DNA from: Paraspadella gotoi
Lineage: Eukaryota; Animalia; Chaetognatha
Assembly (NCBI GenBank): GCA_051294375.1
Contig: CM119266.1
Location: 9,928,538 to 9,992,537 of the forward strand
Reading direction: 5' to 3'
Length of the DNA stretch: 64,000 nucleotides
Shown: piece by piece, positions 27,204 to 40,937 of the stretch
Position numbering within the stretch: the stretch's first letter is position 1
How the letters are laid out: every line of letters begins with the position of its first letter
The notes under the pieces: generated by a model
The model's database searches: none
Told to the model about the DNA's origin: nothing
The model's input: only the letters and a program-made list of their open reading frames with translations
Position numbers and translations under genes: made by a program

Positions 27204-28991
27204 TCTCGAAATATTCCCGCGGTGAAATTTGACGATCGACTTCACACGGAATCGACGATGGGAGAAATTGTGGCCGTGAAGGGAGGGAAGTTGTGGGTGG
27301 AAAATGTGGAAAATGTGGTTTTAGGGTTATGGAGAAAAAGGTGAAAAGAATCGAATTTAATTATACAGAATCATTTGAATGTTTAAATATAAGTTAAATA
27401 TATTATGTAAACTCTCGTCGGGTGATTATCTAAGTTGACTTTTTCTGACCATCTTTTCCATCGTTCTTGTGGGCTTCTTGTGGCTCTCTTTCGTCTTAAA
27501 ACCCCGTTTTCAAGTCTTCGAAATACAAATTTTCTGAGAGAAAGTAAGCCAAGCCGAACGGCGTCATGTCGAGAGATAAAGAGGCGGCGCGAGAGACTGA
27601 CATTAGAAAAAAGAAAAACAAAGGTCATCCAACGGCAAGAAAACATTCTCCCGATCGAAGGGAAAATGTCCAGAAGATATTCGTCACTTTTTTTTATGAC
27701 GTTCGAGCTGCGATTAAAGGTTGACGCAGACAACTTTAAAAAACTTAAAGGAATAAACTGGAAAGAACAACGGATACATAAAAAAAGAATGTAAATGATG
27801 AAGAGAAAAAAGTAGCGATCGACATCTGAGTTTGATCGCCGAAAAAAATTTTCGCTTCGTTGATCTCCGCGTACGTTGTCGTCGTCGTCGTCTTTGTCGT
27901 CGTCGTCTTCGTCTTCGCCAGCGTTCCTGTCATATTGTTTTTAATTTTTTTCGTCTTCATTGTCGTTGTCTTTTTTCTTAACGTTTTGATCGTCGTTGTT
28001 CCCCCCATACTCGGTCGTCGTTGTCGCCCCTTTTCGTCGTCGTCGTCGTCATCATTGTCGCCGCCGGAGTCGGTGTCATCGTCATCGTCATATCGTCTGC
28101 GACATTCTGTCTTGTTGTCGACTTCGCTATCGACGCTATCGTCGTCGCCGTCGTTTTCGTCGTCGTCATCGTCGTCGTCGCCATTCGCTAGCAGGAAATA
28201 ATATTGTTTTCCCCTTTCATATAAATTCCTTATTTTTTTTATTCTTCTTAAATTCCAAAACATTCAAGGTCGAAATATTTCCTCTTTTTTTTTTAAATTC
28301 TCGAAGAATAAAAACGTTGACCCGAATTTTTTAATCCGTCAGTTTTTCGCGAGTGGGCGACGGGATTTTGGCGGGAGGTGAGATTAAGAAGTGGGGGTGA
28401 GGAAGAGGGGGGAGAGTGGGGGGTGGAAGGGCTTTCCCTTTTTTTTTTTTCTCCGCGGAGTTGAAGAACGAAGCAAAGTCGAAGAGTGAAGGTCGATTTT
28501 AGGTTTATAACGAAGCTTTTTTTTTTGTGTGTGAGATTGTTGAAGATGTGAAAAATTTAAGGATGTCTATTGTGAATCTGTGAAGTGTGAGTGTGAAACG
28601 GGAAGGGGGAATGAGGGAAATTTCTGTAGATTTAGACTGAAGTTTTTTGGTAAAATGGTGTTGAGAAGAGAACACTTAAACTGAGCGACTCCCGTTGTTT
28701 ATATACAAATTAAAGTTTAAAAAAAAATTTCATAAAAAAGAAATAAAGAGACGCCGCGGTAAACATGTAATGTTTAAACATTTTACACCTCGAGTGAGGC
28801 TAAGGCAATGTTACATTTATAATAAATTTTTGTCACGATGTATAATTACAATCCATTTATAAAACTATTTTTTATAAAAAAGTACAATGAATCACGTTTG
28901 AGAAAATGAGAAAAAACTTCCGCCCCATTTAACCCCGAGGCGAAAGGCGTTGCGGGGCGCCCTCTCTCTCTCTCTCTGTCTCTGTCTCCTC

Positions 28992-29026
<35 letters not shown>

Positions 29027-29068
29027 TGTCTCTTTCTCTTTCTCTCTATTTCTCTCTCTCTCTTCTCC

Positions 29069-29100
<32 letters not shown>

Positions 29101-29775
29101 GTCTCTCTGTCTCGTCCTCCCTCTCTCTCTCCCTTTCTCTCCCTCTCTCTCTCTCCTCTTCTTTTCTTAATTTTTTTGTGTGGGGGGGATACGGAGAGAG
29201 AGAGAGAGAGAGATGGAGTGGCCCGGAGTGAGTCTGTCGCTGGAATTTCTGAGTCAACTTCTCCGGGTTCGTCGGTTATTCCGACGACCGAGCTCAATCT
29301 ATTTTTATTCATTTTTTTAAGGGAGAGAAGAGAAGGACAAAGAAGATATGGAGACTTGATGTGGCTCCGCACTCTCGCTTTGCCTCACATTGTCTATTTT
29401 ATCTCAAGGCCCTCATTGTTTAACTTAACAAATATTTAACTTAATAAATAATATTATAACATTTTTCTTTCATTTTCTATGACCTGTGTCCGATTTGTGT
29501 CTTATTAATTATCACTTCAAACTGGGACAATTCTTCACCCAATCATATTGGCACACTTTTTCATTCTTGTAGATCTTCTCAAACAAATTACAATTGTCGT
29601 CAAGATATTGGAACTTTAGACTTTCTCTCCAAATCATGCAACAATGCCTCACCTCACCTCACAACCATTAGAGAAAAGTAGATCATTTACGATTTGGGCG
29701 TCGACCTGAAATTTTTCTTTCCACCTAAAGCGCATCGAGTTTCCTCAATGTCCATCTTGTCTCTAACGTCTATTT

Positions 29776-29848
<73 letters not shown>

Positions 29849-30248
29849 CTCTTCTCTTCAAGCGCCCGTCGCTCTTTTGTTTTTTTAAAGTTTTGCTCTC
29901 CACCTAACGGACGGGACTGATTTATTCATGAGCGTCTCCTAAACGAAAACAATAAAAAAAAAAGCGAAGAAAGAAAATCGACAAAAATTATAAAATAAAA
30001 GAAAAAATAAAAAAGAGTACAACAACGACGTTTCCATGGAGATAATCGAGCGGCGAGAAGTTTTCTTCCTCCGAGGTCGAAATTTCAATTTGGAGGAGAA
30101 GAAAAAAAAAGATTAAATCTCTTCTCTTTGTGACTTTTTCTTTTTTTTTCATATATATTTTTTGCAATGTATTGCTGCCAAATTCTTGATGGTGTTTTCT
30201 TTTTTCTCGCTTTCTTTTTTAATTTTTACATTTTTTTAACTTTCTTTA

Positions 30249-30295
<47 letters not shown>

Positions 30296-31409
30296 TTCTT
30301 TCTTTTCTTTCTTTCTCTCTTTCTCTCTTTCTCTCTCTCTCTTTTTCTCTTTTTCTCATTCGTTATTAATTTTTTCCCCTCTTTTCTTCTTTCTCTCTTT
30401 GCTTTCCCTCTTTTTTTTTTCGAATTTTCTCCATTTTTTTCTTTCACTCTAATATCGATGATCATTTGTTGATTTTTTTTTCTCAATATTGAGACAGTTT
30501 CTTGTCCTTCTGTGAGGTTCTTCCTGAGAGAACGCAGATTGTCGCTCTGCGATCCTCCATTTTTTTATTGGTTTTTTTTTTTTCTCTATCTACTTATGGA
30601 TCTCCTCGCCCTCATAAAAGCCTTCACAGTAATATTCTTCGCCTAATATAATAAGTTTTCGTTTCAAACTTGGTTATATTTAAGCAAAAAAAAATGGTGA
30701 ACGCTTTTTTTTATTATTACGTATTATTAAAACGTGTCTTTTCTGGCGAGAATTATATAATTTTATATTGGTTTACCATTTCATAAGTCAGGGACAAGAT
30801 AGCTTATTTATTAATGAATGGATAATTTTTATATTGGTTATACCAATTTTCATAAGTTGGGCGCCGCGAGGAAGACGTTTCGATTTTTTCTGTTAACGAA
30901 CACAAACTCGTTCGTAATTACGATTAAAAACGATTCATACAACGACGATCAAAACAACGACGACGACCACAACGACGACGATCAAAACAACGACGACGAA
31001 CACAACGACGACAAACACAACGACGACGACGATGAATGATGAGACTTTCGCTTCTCCCATTTCCTTCGTCCTCCTCTTTTTGCAGATCTCTAACCGGGCC
31101 GAGGAGGAGTGGGGGAGTCAGGGGGAGAGAGGGGGTGAGTAAAGAGGCCAAAGATGATTAGAAGACCAGAGGGGGAAATAGCGGCCGCCGCGCCCAAACC
31201 CCGCCGCGTCCGCCCCTCAGGGTGAAGCCCCTTTAACCCCAACGAAGCCCCGGCCCTCGCGCCTGCTATTTGTCAACTCTAAATTGCTCCGTCGCTTCGC
31301 CTTTCTCTTCCGCCCAGTGACAATGGGCGTCTCGCTCTCTATCTCTTCTCTCTTTCTCTATTTCTATCTTTCTATCTTTCTCTTTTTTTTTCTCTCTCTC
31401 TCCCTTCTC

Positions 31410-31496
<87 letters not shown>

Positions 31497-32805
31497 CCGA
31501 TAAAATCGAGTTTGAGTTTAATGTTTTTAACCCTCGGCGTCAGAGTCCAAAGTCTCGACAGATTCGTCAAACCGATTCTTTGCCTTTCCTTTCCCCATCA
31601 AATGCTCTAACATACCCTTCCCCATCACTCTTTGCATCTTCGTATCCCAATACTCCAAACCCATCCTGGCGGTCTCTTCCTCTGTCTTCATATTTCCTTT
31701 CTCCCAGCAAGGTCCATCACACCCTCTCCATCAGTATCTCCGTCATTATTCCTTTCTCCAGCAAGCTCCATCACCCATCCCCATCAGTATTTCCGTCATT
31801 ATTTCCTTTCTCCATAAATTCCATTCTTCATTCGCATCACTCTCTCCGTATTTCCTTTCACCAGCAACGGTGAAAGGCCTCACCAATACTTCATCTCCGT
31901 CCTTGGGTTTCTCGCACATGTGATATCATTTTTTTCAATTTTTGAGCATCACAATTCAATCTAAAATAACTTTATTATATTTATTTCAAACACAATTACA
32001 TTACACATTTTCCGAGTCATTTACTTTCTCGAATATCATTGAAAGGATTATCCAATCTACATCATCTCGCCTTCGTCAGCACAACGTTGTAATAAAAATC
32101 ATCATTTCATCGTATACCCCTTCCTCCGCCGTCGTCCTTCTACAATAAACCTTTAACTAAATCAATGATAAATAATTTATGTCCCTTTCTCTCCCTGACG
32201 GACACCGGGAGAACGATTATTAAAAAAAAAGCGGGCGGAATAAAAAGAGAAAAATCGGAATGAAAGGAACGAAGTCGAAAACGAATCACGTGGAACGATT
32301 CATTCCCTTTAATTTGCATGCGAAAACAAAAGGGACACCGTGTCGCCCATCAGCGCCTCTAGCGTTTCGCTTTTTATTTTATTTTTTTTCTTTTTACTTT
32401 CAATAAAAGATTAATTTCACTTTTTTTCCTTTTTTTATATTTAATTCAGCGGGCGGTTTGTGTTAAGAATTATCATCGTGATTAAGCAGGAGTTGTTGTA
32501 TGAAAATTCATTTTATGTATCGTCGTTATATATATATAATTCGATTAATATAAAACATATTTTAAAGTTTGGCTCACGACTGCTCCGCTGCATTGAAGGC
32601 AAATCGAGGCCCATGGGTCTCTTTGAAAATCATAAGACTCGCATCAAAGAGAGCTTCAGATTTTTTTTATATATTTTTTCTTTTTTCTTTTTTTTTTCAT
32701 TCTCGCATTCAAATGTATTTTTTTCTCTCGTTGGTGGTGGTAAAACTCGAATGGAAAGTATCTTTGACTTTGAATGATTGTCGGTCGAGGTTTTGAAGAA
32801 GACGA

Positions 32806-32885
<80 letters not shown>

Positions 32886-34339
32886 GAGAGAGAAGAAGAG
32901 AAAGAGAGAAAGAAAGAGAAGGAGAGAAAGAGAGGAAAAGAGGAAAGACTAAAGACAGACACAGACAGACAGACAAAAACTAAAGAAGAGAGATTGTAAA
33001 CTTTCTACTCGAAACCCCCCCTCCCCAGCAAATCGTACAAAGAGATAAGAGAAATTAAGTAATAAACAGGAAAACTCGGGAGTAAAAAAACCAGTCGGTT
33101 TCTCTCCTACTTTTGGCGCCAAAATGGCGGCGGCATCGGATTTGCGGGAAAAAATCTTTTTCACAAAATCAATTTTCTCTTTTCATTTTTTTTTTTTCTT
33201 CTTTTTAAATCACTGGATTTTGTTCATTTGTTCGCCTCGGAAGCTCCTTTCTCGGACGTGTGGGAAGTAGAGAGAGAGTGAGAGAGAGAGAGAGAGAAAA
33301 GAGAAAGTACCCAGAGCTTTAACGCTGATTTTTCTTGCGTAAAAAAGAAAAGAAGAAAAAAAAAGAATATGAAAATGAAAAGGCGGCGATTCTTTTCTTC
33401 ATCTCTTTTTTTTTCCTTTATTCTCTTCATTTCTTCCCTGTGTTTCCTCCTCCTCCTCCTCCTCCTCCTCCCTCCCCCCATTCCGCCCCCCTCCCTTTTT
33501 TTTCATTGAGAAAGAAAAAGAAAGAGAGAAAAAAAAAGAAAGAGTTGGGGTTTTCTTTCTTTTTTTTTCTTTTCTTTTTCCCGCGGAGGCGATTTTCCTC
33601 GGTTTCTACCACTTCTGGATTTATGAGCGAAACCGGCGGCGAATAAACGACCGACTGAACAATCGTTCTCTCCCCGCGCGTTTTTAAAAACGATCGCTTC
33701 CCCTCGGCTCTGCGATTGCTTCCGTCTCGGTCTCTAGATCGCTTCCCCTCAGAACGGTTTCGACGATCTCTTGGTTTTCTTTCCATCAATTTTCGTCGTT
33801 GAGGATCCTGGTATTGCCCGCAATTTTACCCCTGAATGCATAATGAAATTTCCCTTCCCGTCTAACGAAAAAAAGAACTGGATTCCTCAGTCGGCCCACC
33901 GGTTCGCAACGCGCTTAAAACTGGCCAAATATAAAAATGTTTATTGTTAATTGAAAGTACTGTCATAAAATTTGCGAGCCTAATTTAAACCAACCCAATT
34001 TATAACAATTTATTACAATAATAAGTATAGTTTTCAAAATATTCAGTACTCACACATTTTTTTAAACTATGGCATTATTTATACATTATACATTGTACAT
34101 TGTACAATCACTAATACCTAACTACGAATTTCCATAACCACATTCCACAAGACGAACCACAACCGTAAATCTCTTCCCACTACTTTGTCTCGCGGTCGTC
34201 GTCGTCGTCGCTTTTCGCCACCAGAGTCAATAAAAAGAGCCACTTTATGTGGAACATCAAAAAAATAAATTTCAGATTAACTACATCACTAAAAAGTTAA
34301 TTAGGTTTCGTACGCGGAAAAGAAAGAGAAAAAAAAACC

Positions 34340-34451
<112 letters not shown>

Positions 34452-35459
34452 GCGAAGTGAAGTTTTTCAACGTCGCCTTCTCAATCAAGCGATCAGACAA
34501 ATTACACCCATGTTACAAGTCGTCGTTAACGAGTTTTGTACAACGAAAAAAACTCAGTCATTAGCGGCGCTAGCGGCGTACTGTAGACTCTAGTGTAGAG
34601 TATTCGTAAGACGACGATTTCATCTTTTATGTCTCCGATTTGTCTTTATTATCATCTTTTTCAACATCTGCAAAGTATATTTGAGTTAATTTGACGTCAG
34701 TTGAACAAGGTGAGTGTCATTTTATAAATCGTATCATTGTTTATTTTATCAATGTGCCAATTACGACTCTGTTGTTACGTCTTTACTATTTTGGTGTCAC
34801 ATCGAGTCGTGTTAGTTTCTGTTGGTAAATTCAATTGTTGCTTTTTATGCCATTTCATTTTGTATTTTCAATCACGTGAAAATAAATAATAAAGGAATTA
34901 ATAACTAACAATGAAATATATTTCCTTTTTCTTTTTCAATTTGATTATCCTTTCTTTCTTTATTTCTCTTCGACTGGGATTCTCTATCAAATGTTTTCTC
35001 CCCCCTTTTCCCTAAAAACCTCAATCTGTCATCACGAAATGGAAAGGAAGAGAGAGGGAGAGAGAGAGCGAGAGAGCGAGAGAGAGAGAGAGAAAGAGAG
35101 ANNNNNNNNNNNNNNNNNNNNNNNNNNNNNNNNNNNNNNNNNNNNNNNNNNNNNNNNNNNNNNNNNNNNNNNNNNNNNNNNNNNNNNNNNNNNNNNNNNN
35201 NNNNNNNNNNNNNNNNNNNNNNNNNNNNNNNNNNNNNNNNNNNNNNNNNNNNNNNNNNNNNNNNNNNNNNNNNNNNNNNNNNNNNNNNNNNNNNNNNNNN
35301 NNNNNNNNNNNNNNNNNNNNNNNNNNNNNNNAAAAAAAATTTTTCTCTGTCCGAAATTTACGACTGGCTGATCCTCAATTACTCTCATTTAACGAAATCT
35401 TTTTTAACGAATTCTCGAGAAAAAAATTTACTTTTTTCATTTTCATTTTTTCTCCTTTT

Positions 35460-36545
35460 TTGCGATTTTTTTTGAAAGTGCAAGGATGAGGGTTAAACAC
35501 TTCGTTAATTGTAGTTTCTTGCAGAAGGAAAAGAGTCTTAAGTTCTCAGTGAAATCGTGAATCGTGAAAAACGAATTCACTGAAAAAAAAATTCTTGGAA
35601 AAGATTCACTGATTAGAAATTAGAGTGACGGAATTAACAGCGAACACAAGGGCGAACTCAAAGGCGAAATCAAAGGCGAACTCAGCGGCGAACTCAGCGG
35701 CGAACTCNNNNNNNNNNNNNNNNNNNNNNNNNCTGTTCTTAGGAATAGCGTTAAAACATCCCCACTGAAGGGGCCAAGAAAAGACAGCGCAGTACTCTTT
35801 GACCCTTTTTCTTCTATTCCTCTCAGTGCTTTCTTCATTCTCTGCTCTCTCTTCTTTCTCATTCATTCATCTCTCTCTCTCTCGTTTTTTCTTCTTGTGT
35901 GTGTTGGGTAATAAGAGTTTTCTGCTGTGCTCGGCGGGCGGGAGTTTACGAGTGGCTGGGTCGGGTGGTGATTGTTGATTTACCGATCTTTGTTAAAGAT
36001 TCTCGGGGAATTAATTTACTTTTTATTTTTCATTTTTTTTCCTTTTTGGCGATTTTTTTTTGAAGGTTGCCAGGATGAGGGTAACACTGCGTTAATTGTA
36101 GTTTCTTCGTCAGAAGGGAAAAGAGTCTTAAGTTTTTTAAAGTTTGGGAAAAATCCGTGGGAATTTTTCGTTTGGGAATGGAAAATACGGATTTCCTGAA
36201 AAAAAATTGCCTGTGAAGATTCACTGATCTGATTGTAGAGTGGACGGATTAACAGCGACAGGGCGAACTCAAAGGCGATTCAAGGCGAATCCAGTCGGGA
36301 AATCGGGCACTAGCGGCGAACTCGCGGGAACGAATTCAGCGAACAGATTGCGGCGACGAATCGTCGGAAATCTCAGTGGCGAAACGAACGAAAACGGCGT
36401 GCGATTAGCGGAATCGCCGCCGGCGATCTCAGTCGCGGCGCGATCACGGCGTCAGCGGGGAATAGCCGGACTGGAATATCTCACGCTGGCGAGCATCATG
36501 TCGAGGAATTCACGGCGGAACTCAACTGGCGAACTCACGGCGTGG
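35460..36545 (+). repeat. 12-bp satellite (GGCGAACTCAGC-like) at 35638-35707 and ~36255-36545, with its ~200-bp upstream flank duplicated
   Basis: gggcgaactcaa aggcgaaatcaa aggcgaactcag cggcgaactcag runs into a 25-N gap. The flank ggatgaggg...cgttaattgtagtttctt...aaagagtcttaagtt occurs at ~35484 and ~36073. Confidence 0.85.
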
Positions 36546-39088
36546 AAAGTAAATCTCGCAGATGTCTCTGAAAAACTCGTAGACTTCACAGCGCCCAATC
36601 CAGAAAAAATGTGATAACATTCGGAGATCGAAAGGAATATACATAAGTTAGTGGTTTTGGCGTATGTACTTAAAGTCTCTTCTCTCTCTGCTCTCGATCT
36701 CTCGCTCTTCTCTCTTCTTCTCTACTTCTCTTCTCGTCTCTTCTTCAATTGCATCCTCAATCTCTCAATTCGCCAGATGTTTCATAGCCGTGGCAAAGAA
36801 TCCTCGTGGCGCCGCCAAGCGACGAAAAGGAAGAAGTATCGTTCAACTCACAAATTATAATGATTATTGCGGAAAGAGTGATGGATGGAAGGGACGATGA
36901 CGATGGCGACGACGACGACGACGACGATTATGCCAATGTCGATTATCCCGGAAATAACGATTGCGTTCCTAATCCACGCGTCTCGGTTCTGTTGTTATAA
37001 ATGATTGTTTTTTTCTCTTCGTTGTTAAAGTTTCTTTGTTATTATTTTTCACGTTGTTTACATTATTCTCATGTTTCCCTTTTGTTATGATCTCGAGGTT
37101 TTGTTTAGTTTTCGTTGTGATCGTCGTCGTCGTTTTCGTCGTCGTCGTCGTCGTCGTTGTCGTGATCGTCGTCGTCGTCGTCGTCGTATCTCCGCGGAGG
37201 AATTAAAAAAAAGCGTAGGAAGCAACTAAATTTCGGAATCCGTCTCAAAAAAGGTAAGCTCTCATACAGCGGCGACATCGCGATACGCGTGGGCGAATTG
37301 GGTAAGGAAGAAAAAACCGTGGGAAGGAGAAAAAAGTAGGTCGATAAGTAGGCGAGTANNNNNNNNNNNNNNNNNNNNNNNNNNNNNNNNNNNNNNNNNN
37401 NNNNNNNNNNNNNNNNNNNNNNNNNNNNNNNNNNNNNNNNNNNNNNNNNNNNNNNNNNNNNNNNNNNNNNNNNNNNNNNNNNNNNNNNNNNNNNNNNNNN
37501 NNNNNNNNNNNNNNNNNNNNNNNNNNNNNNNNNNNNNNNNNNNNNNNNNNNNNNNNNNNNNNNNNNNNNNNNNNNNNNNNNNNNNNNNNNNNNNNNNNNN
37601 NNNNNNNNNNNNNNNNNNNNNNNNNNNNNNNNNNNNNNNNNNNNNNNNNNNNNNNNNNNNNNNNNNNNNNNNNNNNNNNNNNNNNNNNNNNNNNNNNNNN
37701 NNNNNNNNNNNNNNNNNNNNNNNNNNNNNNNNNNNNNNNNNNNNNNNNNNNNNNNNNNNNNNNNNNNNNNNNNNNNNNNNNNNNNNNNNNNNNNNNNNNN
37801 NNNNNNNNNNNNNNNNNNNNNNNNNNNNNNNNNNNNNNNNNNNNNNNNNNNNNNNNNNNNNNNNNNNNNNNNNNNNNNNNNNNNNNNNNNNNNNNNNNNN
37901 NNNNNNNNNNNNNNNNNNNNNNNNNNNNNNNNNNNNNNNNNNNNNNNNNNNNNNNNNNNNNNNNNNNNNNNNNNNNNNNNNNNNNNNNNNNNNNNNNNNN
38001 NNNNNNNNNNNNNNNNNNNNNNNNNNNNNNNNNNNNNNNNNNNNNNNNNNNNNNNNNNNNNNNNNNNNNNNNNNNNNNNNNNNNNNNNNNNNNNNNNNNN
38101 NNNNNNNNNNNNNNNNNNNNNNNNNNNNNNNNNNNNNNNNNNNNNNNNNNNNNNNNNNNNNNNNNNNNNNNNNNNNNNNNNNNNNNNNNNNNNNNNNNNN
38201 NNNNNNNNNNNNNNNNNNNAAAAAAATTTAAAAAAGAAGAGAAAAAAGACCATTGAAAAAAAACAAAAAACAGGCAAAAAAACAGGCATAAAACGCAGAG
38301 AAAAACAGTCAAAAAAGGCCGAAAAGGAATGAAACGCGGATTTTCAGCTTTTATGATCACGAATAGAGAAGAGAAAGAATCGATAAACCAAACAAGACAA
38401 AACAAGCGGAAGGCAAAAAAAGGATAGAGAGGCTCGAAAGAGGCTTTCTCTCGGGCGACCAAGCGAAGCGCGATAAAGCTTGGTTCATCCTCTCGGTATT
38501 TCCAAACGCTTCCGATGCACACTTCCGTTGGTCGATAACTCTTTTGCTGAGATATTTAAGTCTTTGCAAAAGTTTTAAATCGGCTTTAATATTAAGTTTC
38601 TTTCCTCTTCAGTTTAAGACGACGACGACGACGAAAACAACAAAGAGGACGGCANNNNNNNNNNNNNNNNNNNNNNNNNNNNNNNNNNNNNNNNNNNNNN
38701 NNNNNNNNNNNNNNNNNNNNNNNNNNNNNNNNNNNNNNNNNNNNNNNNNNNNNNNNNNNNNNNNNNNNNNNNNNNNNNNNNNNNNNNNNNNNNNNNNNNN
38801 NNNNNNNNNNNNNNNNNNNNNNNNNNNNNNNNNNNNNNNNNNNNNNNNNNNNNNNNNNNNNNNNNNNNNNNNNNNNNNNNNNNNNNNNNNNNNNNNNNNN
38901 NNNNNNNNNNNNNNNNNNNNNNNNNNNNNNNNNNNNNNNNNNNNNNNNNNNNNNNNNNNNNNNNNNNNNNNNNNNNNNNNNNNNNNNNNNNNNNNNNNNN
39001 NNNNNNNNNCTCAGATCGTGAATGACCACATTTTCCGGCGTTTTTAAAGCTCAGACTCACCCTCCCAACAAAATTCCCGGAAACTCAC

Positions 39089-39576
39089 CTTATTTCCAGC
39101 GGCTTTGACCCAAATGGCCGGTCGATCCGCGATGCAGTCGAACCCGACAGTGGTACCGGCGAGGACGGCCGTGTGGAGAACCTCGAGGGCTCGTTTGGGG
39201 GCGGGGCCGGCGAGAGCCTCGTCGACGGGGGAGTTGGGAGGAGGGGTTGTTCCTCGACGGCCTCGAGACGTCGCCGTGCGTCGGCTCGACGATCCTCGTC
39301 CGGCGTGGCGGCGAAATCGGCCGTTTTCGGCGTCGTTTCGGAGATGGGCGCCGCGAGAATCCCGGCGTCTTTTCATTCCATCGACGTTGGCGTCGTTGTC
39401 GTTGGCATCGTCGCTTTTATCGTCGACTTTCCAATACAGGCGCCTGCCGTTAATGCCGGCGTCATTTGGAAACGCATCGTCATCGTCGCCATCGTTATCG
39501 TCTTCGTCGTCGTTATCGTCGTCGTCGTTAACGTCGTCGTTACTTCCGTCTAAACCGTCTTCGACATTCGCGCCAC
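39089..39576 (-). CDS. Internal exon of an Ig-superfamily receptor, FGF-receptor-like (acidic tract plus N-terminal half of an IgII-like domain)
   Basis: Acceptor tttgttttgtttttctttttccAG (exon starts 39576, phase 1), donor AAG/GTGAGT (exon ends 39089, phase 0), open frame across 488 nt. The translation ends LEVLHTAVLAGTTVGFDCIADRPAIWVKAAGNK, resembling FGFR IgII KKLHAVPAG(N/K)TVKF(R/K)C...W.K.G. It is preceded by DDVNDDDDNDDEDDNDGDDDD. Confidence 0.7.
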
Positions 39577-40723
39577 CTGGAAAAAGAAAAACAAAACAAA
39601 GCGTCAACGCGAAAATCGAAGGGTTTGGAGGAAGGGGACGAAGATAAGGGGGCGAAACCCGATTTATTTGTTTACATTTCTCCCTCGGCCTCGTCGCTAG
39701 GAGACCGAGGGGGAATTGTTTATCGCCCGATGATGAGATAAACAAAAGACATTCGCCGACAGGCGGCGGCCGCGTCTCTGTTTGCCTNNNNNNNNNNNNN
39801 NNNNNNNNNNNNNNNNNNNNNNNNNNNNNNNNNNNNNNNNNNNNNNNNNNNNNNNNNNNNNNNNNNNNNNNNNNNNNNNNNNNNNNNNNNNNNNNNNNNN
39901 NNNNNNNNNNNNNNNNNNNNNNNNNNNNNNNNNNTTGTTTTTTTTTTTTGGCGGTCAATCAAAGTAAACAGTGTCACGCCGTCTTTTTCGGGGTGAATAA
40001 ATTCAGAGCGACTTTGAAGAAGAGAAAAAGGTTTTTTTTTTCTTCACATTTTGAGTTTAAAGCAATTCTCGGTCTGAAGGAATAGAAATTATTAAGAATA
40101 TAGACTAGAAATCGTTTTAGCTTTAAAAGGTACATTGTACACAATCCTTTGGGTGTAAATTTACATGTTACTGCGCTTGCAATGTAGTGGATTCTTCTGA
40201 AGCAGTTGTTTCAAATTCTTAAGTGTAATTTCTCGCATTCTCAACTGGTTGTACTAAAAATAATTTCCTCTCTCACTTCTGCCTCGAGCCTCTCGAAAAC
40301 CCTCGGGGTCGTAAATTTGAACCCTTCCACAATTTCGCTTTAATATTTCACGATAGAATACGGAACCGAAAAAAAAAATTGTAGGGTAAGGGGTGTGGAA
40401 GATTAAAGATGGNNNNNNNNNNACCCGTCTTTAAAAGACGAATTCCCTTACGACGAACTCATTCTTCAACTCGATGGTCGACGGATCTTTTCTCCTTTCG
40501 CAAAAATCTATCAATTCAATGTAATCTAAAATCTCTTTCCATAAATTCGGCCGGACAACTCTCTCTCTCTCTCTCTCTCTNNNNNNNNNNNNNNNNNNNN
40601 NNNNNNNNNNNNNNNNNNNNNNNNNNNNNNNNNNNNNNNNNNNNNNNNNNNNNNNNNNNNNNNNNNNNNNNNNNNNNNNNNNNNNNNNNNNNNNNNNNNN
40701 NNNNNNNNNNNNNNNNNNNNNNN

Positions 40724-40937
40724 GGATGCGGTCGAAACCGTTCTTGTTGTTGTTGTTGTGACGATTCTTCTTAACGTCGTCGTTGTTGTTATCCTCGTCG
40801 ATACTCGATAAAACCGGAACCGAAACTGAGTTTTCCGGCGCCGAGGATCGCGACGCCAGACGCCGCGCCGATTGATGGAACTCTGTCTCTCCCGAGTCGG
40901 CGTCGTTCTTAAGGTCGAGCGACGCGTGGAGGGTGAA
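40724..40937 (-). CDS. Probable upstream exon of the same gene (3' part lost in the N gap 40581-40723)
   Basis: Strong acceptor tcttttgttttctctttcAG at 40938, then an open GC-richer frame FTLHASLDLKNDADSGETEFHQSARRLASRSSAPENSVSVPVLSSIDEDNNNDDVKK running into the gap. Frame not confirmed. Confidence 0.45.

Noticed and set aside
27745-28263. Asp/Thr-rich ORF with an acceptor-like site (mirror at 11549)
   Set aside because: It is a degenerate (GAC)n tract like many non-coding ones in the window, the frame shifts midway, and there is no donor or domain.
36664-36900. Plus-strand ORF containing VAKNPRGAA, resembling an Ig F-G strand
   Set aside because: Opposite strand to the Ig exon, lacks D.G.Y.C, and lies in noisy sequence.
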